Shown here piece by piece: positions 12,521-25,764 of a stretch of 64,000 nt of DNA; position 1 is the first letter of the stretch; the number at the start of each line of letters is the position of its first letter. Position numbers and translations under genes: made by a program. The stretch covers positions 19,824,803 through 19,888,802 of the forward strand of contig NC_057712.1 in assembly GCF_004010195.1 (NCBI RefSeq). Reading direction: 5' to 3'. The stretch is from Chiloscyllium plagiosum (Eukaryota). The notes under the pieces were generated by a model. That model was not told where the DNA came from. It did not search any database and saw only the letters and a program-made list of their open reading frames with translations.

Positions 12521-14014
12521 CTGAAGAGTAAAACTAAAACATTAGCTCTCAATGCATAAGATTAGTACAATTATTCACCAATTTTGATTTCAGATGTTTT
12601 GTCTATCCACATAGTTGTCTATAACTTAATTCCACATATCTATGATTGAAAACAAAACTGGGCTTAAAACATCTTTAACCAAGAAAAGCTCAAACACATT
12701 TATGATCCTTCTTCTAATGCTTAATGTTCTTAAAGCAAATACTAAACACCAACATTCTCAATATTATACTTTTTTTTAAGCAGCCTCCATCAGCATGAAA
12801 TATAAATAATGGCATTGTTCTTCCACACATCTTTGGAACACTGACTTAATCACATCCGAGCTTGAAATAATTGCATCTTATATTTTCAATAACATAAATT
12901 CAGGGAACTTCCTGTAACTGACATTACAAGAACAGCCCAGAATGGAGGGATAACGTTTTCTTCACATTTCCAACAAGACAGAGCAGTATTTTAGTTTGCA
13001 ACAAACAAACTTCAAGTCAATTTATTATCTTCTTAAAAAGAGGGAGAACTTAAGTAAGTATCAATCTCCCATCCCTGCTCCCCATCTTCCTAGGTCTTTC
13101 TTCAACTTTAATAATTCAATTGCAAAACAAAGTGCATAAAGTAACAAAAAAAACTGCAAAGGAGGATGGGAGATCTGTGATAGTTGGGGAAAGGGGATTA
13201 AAGGTTGGTGAGATACCTGTGGTATCAAAGGGTTGGGGTGACTGAGCTTTTTATCCACAGAGACTCTACTGAGAAAATATCCGTTCATCCACAGGGTTTT
13301 GCAACACAGCAATTAGGCCTCAAAAATCAGCAGTAATGCAGTGTTAAAAATTTAAAGTTGTCAGGTATTTGTCAGCACTCAGTTCAAGCTCCATGGCAGC
13401 CACTTCTGCGACAGTTCACAACTCCACTGGGTTCACAACCCACTGTTTAGGAAGCTCTGTTCTACCCAACCGAATTTGACCCAAGGATATCTAAAATTTG
13501 TTTGCAGTGAATACCAATATATCTAATATATTTCAAAAATATCAAACATAGTATTCAATCTGTTTACAGTTACCTCCATCACTTGATAAAGTCCGAAAAC
13601 ATTAATTGCTTTTTTTTTTAAAAAAGAAAATGAAATTGATACAGCTGCATTCACCACTAATCTAATCTAGTCTATGTTGTAGGGAAACTACCAAATTTTA
13701 TCAGATACGAAACGGATTGTCAGCATGAATTAGTGAAGGGTAGAAACAACTGATTAGTTGAATTTTGTGGGAAGGCTTAGGGGTAGGGGGATAATTATGG
13801 ATGTTGAAGATGGGGAACAATATTATCAATGATCTATGTGTGGGGGACTGAATGCAGTCTTGTGACAATGGGCTGATAATTCATTGAAAGTTAGCAAAGT
13901 AGGGACAATGGGAGTGTATTCTAATTGGCTGAAATGTGGTGAGTGATATTCCCAAAATCTGAATGCAGCATCAATTTTTCACCATGGATATTAATGATGT
14001 GGATGCAGGAACAC

Positions 14015-14288
14015 AGCATGTGGTAGAACAGTGGCTGGAACTGCTGCCTCACAGTGCCAAAACCAAGGTTTGATTCCAACTTTAGGCAACTGTCTCTGTG
14101 GAGTTTGCACATGCTCCCTGCGTTTGCATGAGTTTCCTCTAGGTGCTCCAGTTTCCTCTCAGTCCAAAGATGCAGAAGTTAGTTAGATTGGCCATGATAA
14201 ATGCAGGGTAACAGGGATAGGATGGGTCTGGGTGGGCTTCTCTTCAGCAGATGAGAGCAAGATTAATGTGTGGGATTCTATGATTCTC
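14015..14288 (+). mobile_element. HE1-type SINE, diverged
   Basis: ctgctgcctcacagtgcc...tgtggagtttgcac...ttggccatg. Confidence 0.8.
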
Positions 14289-14540
14289 TAAACGTTCTGT
14301 TTTCATTACAATGGAAGCTCTACTTTAAAATCATATTAATGAATTGTTTTAAAATGAAAATTTAACTGAAAGGAAATGGGAGATTTCTATGAAGCTGCAG
14401 GTAACTTGTACAGTCTAATTTAGATAAATTTAGATTTATCTTTTCTACATCTAAATTATTTTTAACAGGATTAGCAGCTGACAAGCTTGAGAAAAATGTC
14501 AAAGTTTGGAATAGTTTAGATCGGACATTTGTGGAATAAT

Positions 14541-14812
14541 AGAATATAGAACATAGAAAAATACAGCGCAGTACAGGCCCTTCGGCCCTCGATGTTGCGC
14601 CGATCCAAGCCCACCTAACCTACACTAGCCCACTATCCTCCATATGCCTATCCAATGCCCGTTTAAATGCCCATAATGAGGGAGAGTCCACCACTGCTAC
14701 TGGCAGGGCATTCCATGAACTCACGACTCGCTGAGTAAAGAATCTACCCCTAACATCTGTCCTATACCTACCACCCCTTAATTTAAAGCTATGCCCCCTC
14801 GTAATAGCTGAC
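14541..14812 (-). mobile_element. Young CR1 3' fragment
   Basis: agaacatag tail; reverse strand reads as typical CR1 ORF2 C-terminus and 3' UTR. Confidence 0.82.
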
Positions 14813-15284
14813 TGCTGTAGAGACAGAGTTCTTGTGTATGTTTAAACTGAGATAGATTCTTGATCAGTTGGAGAATCAAGCGCTACAGGGAAAGGGGCAA
14901 GGAAGTGGAATGAGGACTGTTGGATCAGCCACGTATCAAGGAATGTTGGACCAGCAGGCTCGAGTGGCTGGAAGGTATGCTCCTGGCTCTATTTCTTATA
15001 GTCTTAATACATTCTCCTAGAAACAGAGATTGTTGAAGACGGTTAAGGGAATAGGTTTCCTCAATGTAAAGGTTGTTGTTTATGAAAACATCCAGACGAG
15101 AGATATTTCATTGTAAATCTGCAAAAACTTTTAATGGAAGACTGAGAAAATCTTGGTAGCGTGAGTGCTCGTGGGAAAAAAAGCATCGCAGCTTATGAGA
15201 CTGGAACAGTTAAATGAAACATGCAGATCTGGTAGTGAAGGAAAATTACCTCAAGTTTTGAATAACTAGAACGTTTTTAGATTG

Positions 15285-16340
15285 ATTCACTCATGGAACA
15301 TGGGTGTTGCTGGCTAGCTGGCATTTATTGCCTGTCCATTGTTGCCCTGTGAGAAGGTGGGAGTCAGCTGCCTTTCTGAGCCATTGCAGCCCATGGACAG
15401 TAAGGAGACCCACAATGCTATTAGGGAGGGAATTCCAGGATTTTGACCCAGTGACAGTAAAGAAGAATGACACATTTCTAAATCAGGATGGTGACTGGCT
15501 TGGAGACACTTGCAGGTGGTGGTGTTCTGATGTATCTGCTGTCCTGGTCCTTCTAGATGGAAGTGGCTCTGGATTTGGAAGGGGCTAAGGATCTTTCATG
15601 AATTTCTGCAGTGTATTTTGTAGATATACACACTATCACTACTAAATGTCGATGGTGAACAAAGTGGGTGCAGTGCCAATCAAGTGTGCTGCTTTGTCCT
15701 GGATGATGTGAAGCTTTTTGAGTGCTACTGGAGCTGTACTTTTACAGTAAAGTGGGGAGTACTCCATCACACCTGTGCCATGTAGATCATGGACAGGGTT
15801 TAGGGAGTCAAGAGTTGATTTATTCAATGCAGTATTCCGAGCCTCTGAGCTACTCGTGCAGTCACTGTGTTTATATAGAATCCCTACTATTTGGAAAGAG
15901 GCCCTTTAGCCCAACATGTCCAACACCATCCCCCGAAGAGCATCCCACCAAAAAACATCTCCCTACCTTGTCCCTGCAACCCCCACGGCTAATCGCCAAA
16001 CCTACACATCCCCAGACAATGGACAATTTAGCATGGCTAATGGCTAATCCATCTAACCTGCACATCTTTGGACAGAGAAAGGAAACCACAGCACCTGGAG
16101 GAAACCCTTGCAGACATGGGAGAATGTACAAACTCCACATAGACATTTGCCCAAAGCTGGAAATGAACCCAAGCCCCCTGTGCTGTGAGGCAGCAGTGCT
16201 AAGCACTGAGCTACCGTGCCACCCCAGGTGGTGCGTCCAGATGAGTTGCTGGTCAATGGTAACCTCCAGGATATTGAGAGTGGCGGATTCAATGATGGTA
16301 ACACACTGAATAATTAAAGGTTGTGGTCATAATGTCTCTT
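15285..16340 (-). mobile_element. L2/CR1-like LINE 3' part, interrupted by a HE1 SINE
   Basis: ORF pieces GSKSWNSLPNSIVG and MEYSPL...LKKLHIIQDKAAHLIG; same family as 28880-29605, 43285-44130, 58435-59257. Confidence 0.75.
15875..16224 (-). mobile_element. HE1-type SINE
   Basis: Similarity to 2436-2741. Confidence 0.82.
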
Positions 16341-16945
16341 AGTGTTGCTTGCTGGAAGAAGTCCGGCTCTGAATTGATGAGATGGGCTTCAAACACTGTG
16401 GCACATCTGGGAGGAGGAGAGTTCCCTGGAAGCTTTGTTTCAGGATACAGTCGCATCTGGTAGATTAATTATTTCAAATTTGGTAAGTAGGGTGTCACTG
16501 CAAGTGAGGCAGGTCGAGGGATTCTGCATTCAGGAACAGAGGAGCCTCAGCTCTTGACCTTGTCCAACAGGTACGAGGTATTTGCTCCCTGTGTGAATGA
16601 GGAAAAGGGCTGCAGGGAGAATGAATCAATTGACCACTGCACCATGGGACGGGAGGCCATTTAAGAAGCAGGAGCAAAAAGACAAGTGGTAGTTGTAAGG
16701 GATTCTATAATTAGGGGGATAGATAGTATCCTTTGTAAGCAGGATCGAGAGTCCTGCATGGTGTGTCGCTTGCCCGCTGCCAGGGTAAGGAATGTCTCTG
16801 ACCAGCTTGAAAAAAGATTGGAGAGGGAGGGGGAGGATCCAGTTGTTGTAGTCCATGCCAGAACAAACAATATCGGCAAAACTAGGAAAGAGGACTTGTT
16901 CAGGGATTATCAGGAGCTAGGAACAAAATTAATGAACAGGTCCTG
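16340..16945 (+). mobile_element. CR1 ORF1 fragment (SGNH/esterase-like domain)
   Basis: VVVRDSIIRGID...VCRLPAARV...PVVVVHARTNNIG resembles CR1 ORF1p GDS...GTND motifs. Confidence 0.8.
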
Positions 16946-16958
16946 AAGGGTTATAATC

Positions 16959-17277
16959 CCCCAGGTATAACTCTTGCCCTGTAGTGCACACTTATCCCTC
17001 TCCATCGCTAGAGTAAAAGTCACCGAATTGTGGTCACTATCCCCAAAGTGCTCACCTATCTCTAATTCTAACACCTGGCCTGGTTCGTTTCCCAGAACCA
17101 AATCCAGTATGGCCTCACCTCTTGTTGGCCTGTCTACATATTGTGTCAGGAAACCCTCCTGCACACATTGGACAAACACTGACCCATCTAACGAACTCGA
17201 GCTATAGCTTTCCCAGTCAATATCTGGAAAGTTAAAGTCCCCCATAACAACCACCCTATTACTTTCACTCTTCTCAT
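16959..17277 (-). mobile_element. CR1 ORF2 AP-endonuclease fragment
   Basis: VVMGDFNFPDIDW...PTRGEAILDLVL...GDSDHNSV. Confidence 0.9.
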
Positions 17278-17508
17278 GAATAATATAGAATAATCAAAGT
17301 TCAGGTCAGATTCACAAAAACTAAAAAGATAAGGAAATTGGCCAAACCAAAATGCAAATACAAGGATGTGAATAACTACAAAGGAATATACAATGATTTT
17401 ATATCAATGGATGACAAATTCCAATTATATATGGAAGCTGAATAAATTAAATATTTTGCATCAAGTAACAATAAACATCAATTCTCTAAACTTGCAATCA
17501 TATCCTAC

Positions 17509-17673
17509 CTTCAAGCTTTTTCAAAAGGAAAGATTTTCCACTTCCCCACTGTGCATAAAGTCCAACACAAATAGGAGGTTGCATAGTTGGTTCACTAAGG
17601 ATGTCTGCCAGAGCACTGCTGTACAGGTCATAGCCAAGCATATCTCCATCCGTCTCTGAAGGCGAAAGATGTC
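17509..17673 (-). CDS. KIDINS220: KIDINS220 coding exon (165 nt, KAP P-loop NTPase Walker A)
   Basis: cag|(R)[54 protein letters not shown]+G|gtagg. Confidence 0.96.
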
Positions 17674-18349
17674 CTGCAAATTTTGTTTTTTAATAACAAT
17701 TATTTATTTTTAAACTAGAAGATATGTCAAAAGAAACAGAAAACAGAAAATACTTCAAATGTTCAGCTCTGATAGCATCTGTAGAGAGACAGAGAGAAAG
17801 AAAATGGTTAATATTTCAAGACAATAGTCTTTTCACCAGCTCTGATGCTATCAATTTGAGAAACAAATCTACGTCAAGTAGCAAAGACAAATAAGAATGA
17901 TAAGAACTACCAATCAACTGATATTTAACTATGAGACACAGATGACAGACGTAGCTAGTTATGAAAGTTAAATAATTGAGACAAAGAAAGGAATCTGGAG
18001 AAATGAAAGCCGACAGACTGTCATATGTTACTAGCATCCTGAACCTATTCAATTCTTTTTCCTTGAATGACTCCAATACAAGTCCACCTATCTAGCATAA
18101 TAAAATTACTGAAAGGGAAGTATATAATGAAATAATGTTTCATATTAAAGCTTATAATGTAATTGCAGCTTCCTCTGAGCACATGCAATCTTCAACACTG
18201 GGCATCCAGCAGAGTAGCTCAATGATTGACTTGCTTCCATCATCCAACTATAAACAAGATTCACTGTGATTACAAAGAAGTTGGATGCCCTCTGGTAAGC
18301 ATTGCAATTTTAAAATACCGTATATATGCAAGTAATAGTCAAATTTTTT

Positions 18350-18670
18350 TTAGATTACATTAGTTTCCCTACAGTGTGGAAACAGGCCATTTAGCCCAAC
18401 AAGTCCACACCGACCCTCCGACGAGTAACTAACCCAGACCCATTCCCCTCTGACTAATGCACCTAACACTATGGGCAATTCAGCATGACAGATTTAGCTG
18501 ACCTGCACATCTTTGGACTGTCGGAAAAAACTGGAGCACCTGGAGGAAACCCACGCAGACGCAGGGAGAATGTGCAAACTCAACACAGACAGTCACCCGA
18601 GGCTGGAATCGAATCCCGGTTCCTGGCGTTGTGAGGCAGCTGTGCTAACCACTAAGCCACGATGCTACCC
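18350..18670 (-). mobile_element. HE1-type SINE
   Basis: Similarity to 2436-2741 including tRNA head. Confidence 0.88.
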
Positions 18671-18761
18671 TTGTTAGAATTTTATAGGTTTCTGTGAAAT
18701 ACCATTGATTCTGCCAAACTCATTCTTGCAGTTGTATTTCTTGCTGGAAACAATTATGCTT

Positions 18762-18964
18762 GGAGAAAGTGAGGACTGTAGATGTTGAATGATCAGAGCT
18801 GAAAAATGTGTTGCTGGAAAAGCGCAGCAGGTCAGGCAGCATCCAAGGAGCAGGAGAATCGACGTTTCGGGATTCCTGAAGAAAGGCTTATGCCCGAAGC
18901 GTCGATTCTCCTGCTCCTTGGATGTTGCCTGACCTGATGCGCTTTTCCAGCAACACATTTTCAA
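18762..18964 (-). mobile_element. Fold-back mini PLE with central hammerhead-like motif
   Basis: About 70-bp near-perfect inverted arms (18799-18871 vs 18892-18963); centre ttcctgaagaaaggcttatgcccgaagcgtcgatt; one-sided tail ggagaaagtgaggactg. Confidence 0.82.
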
Positions 18965-20244
18965 CAATTGGCCTATTCTCCTGGAGCTCTTTGGTGCAGA
19001 ACAGCCAATTGCTGCCATGATGCTCACTTACTCACTTCCCTTCAGGTACACAGATTATCCCTCCATATCTGAGTCAAGATAATGGTCATTAGGGAATCAG
19101 GTAGTGCTGGTTATAGCTGAACTGAGAACCAGTTTGCAGATCACTGTTGAGTAGATGCCACTAGATGGAACTACTGATTATCTTTTTAATTGCTTGTGGG
19201 TTGTGGTTCATTTATCACTGGGAGATCTTCCAAATTGCCAGGCCTACGTCATTATTATAGGCTGCACTGCAATAATATGGCTCAGGACCAAACTGATCTC
19301 AACACTTCAGGCACAATGCCTTCAAAGTTACAGAGGTTGAAAATGTTTTGTCAGGCACAGTTTATAATGAATTGAAGACAATTTTCATGTTCTGCACTGT
19401 TAAAAGTCTGCAATATGCAGGTCGATGTCAGTCCAATTTTGTTTTGCTTAAATAATTGAAAAAGAAAATTGGTTTTTAAAACAACTGACCAATCCACATT
19501 GCCAGTTTGTTGTCTGGACAGCAACATCAGAACCTATCCCATGAGATAATTAGCTGTGATTCAGGGCAATGGATGCATTTTTCCCATGTGGAACTATTCT
19601 ACTACCAAGACCTATCATCTGACATGTTGAATGACATTAACATAACATTATATTCTAGACATGCTGGTACAATTTCTCCACCACAATATAGGCGGAAGTG
19701 CTGAAAGTCATTATGTGGAAATGTAGTTAAATATACGTCTCAAGGAAACAATTTCTAACATTGCAAATTAGGTCAACCTTCTTCAACTAAAAAGATCTCA
19801 ATTTTTTAAATTAAATAGTGCAAGACTCTGACCTACCTCTGGAAGAGAATTAATTAACATGCTCTTGTAGTACTTCAAGAATCCCATTTAGGCTGCTTAT
19901 GCTACATTCTATATCGCTGTCATCCCACTGCTCCTCTAAAAGGGTAGAGAATGACTTTGCTGTTTATAAAAAAAGTCTCCTGATGCTCACGAAATGGGCT
20001 TTAAGTCAAGGAATTCTCCACATCCCTTTCTTTGACCCTGATTGGACTGAAAACTATCTACTTACCTTTAGATCAGTTCTGCACTAGAGATTCCTAGACT
20101 GGAACCTCCTATTTGAAACAGAATAGATCTATGCAGGAAACATGAGAGTCAGAAAAGATCATTGCATAAACTCCATCCCTTATTACAGTATGGGTGCCAT
20201 GCTCTGAGGCTTAAATGTCAGCAGTATAACTGACCATAAAAAGA

Positions 20245-20460
20245 AACACAAAGAACTGCAGATGTTGGAAATCTGAAATAAGATCAGAGTGTTGGAGAAA
20301 CACAGCAGGTCAGGCAGCATCTGTAGAGAGAAAACAGGATTAATGTTTTGAGTCCAGTGATCCTTTCTGACAGAACCTGAAACATTAAGCCTGTTTTTTT
20401 TTCTCTACAGATACCGCTGAACCTGCTGCGTTTCTCCAGCTTTCTCTGTTTGTGTTTCAG
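20245..20460 (-). mobile_element. Older fold-back mini PLE
   Basis: Arms ggagaaacacagcaggtcaggcagcatctgtagagag / ctctacagataccgctgaacctgctgcgtttctcc. Confidence 0.7.
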
Positions 20461-21189
20461 TCAGGCAGTTACTGTGAAACTGCAAGTACATAACATCGTG
20501 TGGAAGTAGGGCACAGAGTGGCAGGTAGGGGAGATGGATAGAATGCTAGGAAAATGGATCAAGGCTTAGGGTGAGATGGGGGAATCACATACTGTGTGGG
20601 TAAGTGGGTGGAGGAGATGGGAGGTTCAGTTTAATAGTTACCAAAGAGTTAGTATAGGCTTTTAATCCTCTAACCTTTTCTGGGTAACTATTGCCTGTGA
20701 GATGGAACCCTCTGAACCCTAAGACTTGAAGGAACTTTTTCCAGAGGGTTTCAGACACAGGAGATGTGCCAATTGGAATTTAAATTTCCTGGGCAGTTTC
20801 CTTGAAGTCAGATGCACTGGGATTTTCCACTGTACTGTGTGCAACTCCAATCCAGCCTGCAGAAACAACTACTACAGTTTTAAAAAAAAAGATTAATTGT
20901 AAAGCAATAAATGTGAGGAAATTTCATTTTCTTTCTAAATTGAATTGTTCTAGACTGCCACCCTTTTAACAATGATTCAAACTGCCCTGTTTCTCAGAAT
21001 ATGATTTGGTAGAGGTCCAATGAATTGTCATCCAACATAACTTCACATTCATTTTAATCCAATTTAATAAGGCAACAACAGAATAATTTTATTCCCTATT
21101 CCACAACATTAAATTCAGCACAAAATTAGATAACTGGCTCTGCTATTACCTTAAGGGAGTTTAATTGGTAAGTAGTTGTTATACATAAG

Positions 21190-22122
21190 TGTCTGGGCCC
21201 ATTGCCATTTGTTATCTATATCAATGATTTGGAAGAGAATATACAAGGCATGATTAGTAAGATTGCAGATGACACTAAAATAGGTGGTTTTGTGGACAGT
21301 GAGCAAGGTTATTAGATATTGCAGCAGGACCTTGATCAGCTGGAGAAGTGGGCTGAGAAATGGCAAATGGGGTTTAATTTAGGTGTGAGGTGTTGCAGTC
21401 TGGAAAGTCAAATCAAGATAGGAGTTTCATAGTGAATGGTATGACCTTAGGATCTTGGTGTTCAGGTGCACGGTTCTCTGAAAATGGAGTCACAGGTAGA
21501 GAGGGCAGTGAAGGAGGCTTCTGGCACACTGGCTTTCATTAGTCACGGCATTGAGTATTGAAGTTATATAGGATGCTGGTGAGGCCGTACTTGAAAATTG
21601 TGTTCAGTTTTGGTCACCTTGCTCCAGGAAGGATGTTATTAAACTGGAAAAAGTGCAGAAGAAATTTACAAGGATACTGCTAAGACTCAAAAGGTCTGAG
21701 TTATAGGAGAGGTTGGACAGGTTAGGACTTTTTTCTTGACAGCATAGGAGTCTAAGATCTTATAGAAGTGTATAAGATCATGAGAGGCATGGTAGGGTGA
21801 ATGCACTCAGTCTTTTTCCCCACAGTAGGGGAATCAAGGAAGAGAGGGCATCAATTTGAGGTTAGAGGGGAAAGAATAAAAGGGAACCTGACTGGTAATT
21901 TCTTTACATAGAAGGTGTTACGCATATGAAATGAGCTGTGAGCAGCAGTGGTTGAGGTAGGTACATTAACAACATTTAAAATGTATCTGGACATGGATAG
22001 GAAAGGTTTAGAAGGATATGAGCCAAGTGCACGGAAATGGAGTTAGTGAGGATGTACATTTTGGGCAGCATGGGCCAGTTTGATCTGAAGAGTCAGTCTC
22101 CATGCTGTAGGATTCTATGACT
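21190..22122 (+). mobile_element. CR1 LINE 3' part (decayed RT)
   Basis: Remnants of YINDL, ADDTKIGG; CR1 3' tail ctatgactc. Confidence 0.88.
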
Positions 22123-22592
22123 CCACGAGATGAAGAAAGTCCCAGGTTAGAACCAAATAACGATAGTTGATCTCTGGTGATAGATCAACAAGCTCAGAAT
22201 GTACTTTTGGGATAGTAGGTGAAGGGACATATGCATGTACCAATAATCAACACAACACTGAATTTTGACTTCTGCCACTCTCAGCTCCCCAAGATGCCCA
22301 GCCTGTTGAAACTGTCAAAACTCATGAAAAACTGTTATTTGGGTAAAATACTGAAAGATACATGGTGCACAAAGAAATAGATCCCAAATGATAAACCTTG
22401 TATATAATTTCAAGTAAATCATGTATTTTTCAAACCATGAATCTGTCAAAATCTCAAAACTGAATGAAAGCATCCTATTCATAAAATGCCCACAACTGAA
22501 ACACATAGTGGAAATAGCTAATAAAACAACTGACAATTTTAAGTTGTCAGCTGCATAACATTTAAGTGCTGTGATAATTGCAGACAAAGACA

Positions 22593-22979
22593 GATTCTTT
22601 GGTACAGTGGTAGTGTCCTATCTCTGGACTGAGAGACCCAGGTTCAAGTCCCACCTGCTCCAGAGGTAACTAATAACATTTCTGAACAAGTTTATTAGAA
22701 AAAAACGGTTAAATTTAAAAAGAAAATGCAGACAGAGGGGTTTCCTGTGCAAAGGCAGTGCTCCCCACTGCTGGGCCAGGAAGCCCAGGTTTAAGTACCA
22801 CTCCAGAGGTGTGTAATCACATCTCTGGACAGAACGATTGGGAAAAGATTTGCAATTTCAGAAAGAGGGTTCTTGTGGTGTGGTGATAGTATTCCTATCT
22901 CTGAGCCAGGAGGCCAGAGTTCAAGTCCCATATGCTCCTGAGGTATATAATACTATCTCTGACCAGGTTGATCAGAAAA
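22593..22979 (+). repeat. Three tandem copies of an approximately 110-nt tRNA-derived short SINE
   Basis: Units at about 22593, 22737, 22867, each with A-box-like start, ggttcaagtccc B box, ctccagaggt and A-rich end; further copy at about 29025-29128 (-). Confidence 0.75.
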
Positions 22980-25764
22980 CATCTAATTTCAGACAGAAGC
23001 AGGTGCATTGAAGATCTCTTGACAATTACTAAACTTTGATCTTTCCACACACTCATGGGACTTTATTGCAATTAAATAATAATCTCAAATTCAGTTTAGT
23101 AGATTCTGTAAATTACAGAATTGAAATTTCACGAAGACCTTTTGTTCAACAATTTTTTTGTTGAGGAATCTCCAGCAATTACCAATTCACAGGCAGTACA
23201 TTTTTAAATTAATCTTGTTCCAAATAAATGTTAAGACAGTCATAAAGAAACTAGAATTCCCCTTTAACAAGAGGAATGTTATCCCTTCTGTGGTTACTGA
23301 AGATATGACTAGGATTTGGTTGTAAAGAACCAATCGAGACACAATCACAGGAGAGCATCGTCAGGCAGCAAATTGTTTACTAAAATCTGTAACAGGATTA
23401 TGTTGGCAGACACAGACATAGTCAAGCTGTATGCTGCACATAATCTATTCCTTGAAAGAAGACGCAAATTATTTCTCAGTATGCTTTGGCCAGACTTTGT
23501 TGGAGGAATGTCACACCATCATTAGTGCACTACAATGACACATCAACCAATGTACAGTGGAAAAATCATATTTACATAATTGCATCTGCTCTAATTGGTG
23601 GGACTGCATAAAAATAAAATGGATTGGAGGATCAATTAAAGATGTGTTAGAAGAAGTATAAATGGAGCCATGCCTATGATCATACATAAGTGGACTAATC
23701 TCAAATCACCAAGACGGTCTTCCAAACATACAAAACACATCAAGAAATATCAAATATGGGACACAGTCCTAAATATTTTGTGCTTTTTTGCCTTGTTCCT
23801 GTTTTGGGTGTAAAATAAATAGAAGCAATCGTTTTAACATCATTTGCTGACAGTTCTTTACATTGAATCAATCAATCATTCGTGCAATATACCTATTCTA
23901 TTTTGGTTCTTCAATAATCTCTCAGCACTGGATGTAAACCTTCAGAGAATCACTTTTGATTGTTCATTCGCTATGGCCCACAGAACAGCCTTACTGAGAA
24001 GCATCGTCTCCCGCAAGCAGCAGTACTAAAATAGATCATCTGGTCTTTACAAAAACGTTATGTGCAGAAGCCTATTATATGCAGACTGATTGCTGGTTTT
24101 CCTACAACAGTGACTGCACTTGCACTTCACAGGCTTTAAAGCCCTTTGGACATCCCAAGGCGTTCTACATAAATGCAAGTTTTTTTTTTCCTGATTGGAT
24201 AGGTCAGATTCTCTGTTTTTGTTTATTTTGTTGGAGGTAAAGTAGTCAGCCTCTTACCTTTCAAACTTCTACATTTTCTTCCATTCTTTCTCACCTGACC
24301 AGAACTGACTGTGGAACTTTGGCATGTCTTTAAGATATTTTATATAGATTCGATTTATATTAAAAAAGAACCAATCAACTGGAATATTTAATAAATACTC
24401 TTTATTATGCATCAGGACTACACACTTCATTGCTCATTCTTGATGTTTACAATATTTGCTGTTTAGCTATCTCCTGTTCTGAACTGGTTATTGTTCTTGT
24501 TGCATTCTACCTATTTGCTGAAAATTATAAAATTAAATAACTTTTAAAATGCAAACAAAAAAAAATTGATAATTCACCCACATTTTTTCTCTTTTTTGTA
24601 TCCTTGGTGTATTTAATTTTATATGCAAATCAAGGGTGAGGAATTGTTACTAGGGATGTTCAAGAATATTATTCCCTAACTTCGTGCTACATTTTAGAAT
24701 TTAAAATAAAGAGTTCAGCCATTTGTAACAGTATGTCTTGAGCTAATCAACAAAGGGTTGGTAAGTCTCAACTCTATACATAATAAAAACATCTGTGTCA
24801 AAAGCATTTCAAAATTGCAATGCCAATGTTCAATGTAACAGAAAACATTTTATTTCACTTTGAATCCAATGAATTGCATAAACACTCTGGACTTACAACA
24901 GAAGTCCAGCAAACATTCTCCATAATTTCTTTACTCTCAGTAACTACCAGTTACAGATATTCCTATTCATACACTTTGCAATACAATACAGTACAGGAAC
25001 AGGCTCTTTGGCCGAACAAGCCTGTGTAGATTCCTAACCCTTATTTAGATCGGCCACTTATTGCCCATGCACGGTATCTATTCCTCTGTTCACCTCATGT
25101 TTAAGTGACTACCAAGATATGCCTTAAACATTACTAACGTTCCTTCTGATAAGTGGTGACCAGAACTGCACGCTGCTTGGCCTCCGATGCACCTTTCAAA
25201 ACAGTTGAATTTTATGACACAGTAATCTCATCAAGATATTCAATTAATATTATAAAATGAAGATCAATGCAATTTATAGCTATTATTTAAATTTAGGATG
25301 TGATTTCAGCTTTGAATTACTACCACTGTCATTCTTTTAAATTATATCTATTAAATTGTACTGATCAAGACATTTCTAATTATGCAGCATTATTAATTGG
25401 GAAATTTAAAATTGAAAAATTAAAATTCCCATACTCAAATTCAGAACGGTCAGTGTTTGTAAGAATACCAGTTACTAAGTGAGCTGCGTAATTAATGTAA
25501 GATATTCAAGTATTTATGATTGCAGTTTGAACAACATTAACTCAGTGATGATAAATATTGTAGTCAACTGCAAATACTTGTTTCTAGTCATGTAAAAGGA
25601 CAACAAAGATAAGGATTAAGCTCAAGCAGCTTAAAATCATGAAAATCCTGTCAGTGTTGAAATTAATCCCCAATAATATTTTACATTTTACACTTATTCT
25701 GTTTTGCATCTGCAGCTCTTGCCAATACAACTACCAACTTACTTCATCACAATATATTAATCAA

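Noticed and set aside
15722-16309. 195-aa ORF
   Set aside because: Chance read-through of LINE and SINE sequence
18762-18964. Fold-back elements as classical DNA-transposon MITEs
   Set aside because: Arms equal the terminal repeat of GIY-YIG PLEs in this window, the tail is one-sided and TSD lengths vary
22593-22979. Possible CRISPR-like or tRNA gene array
   Set aside because: Eukaryotic context; units are diverged SINE-like sequences without a complete cloverleaf or identical short repeats
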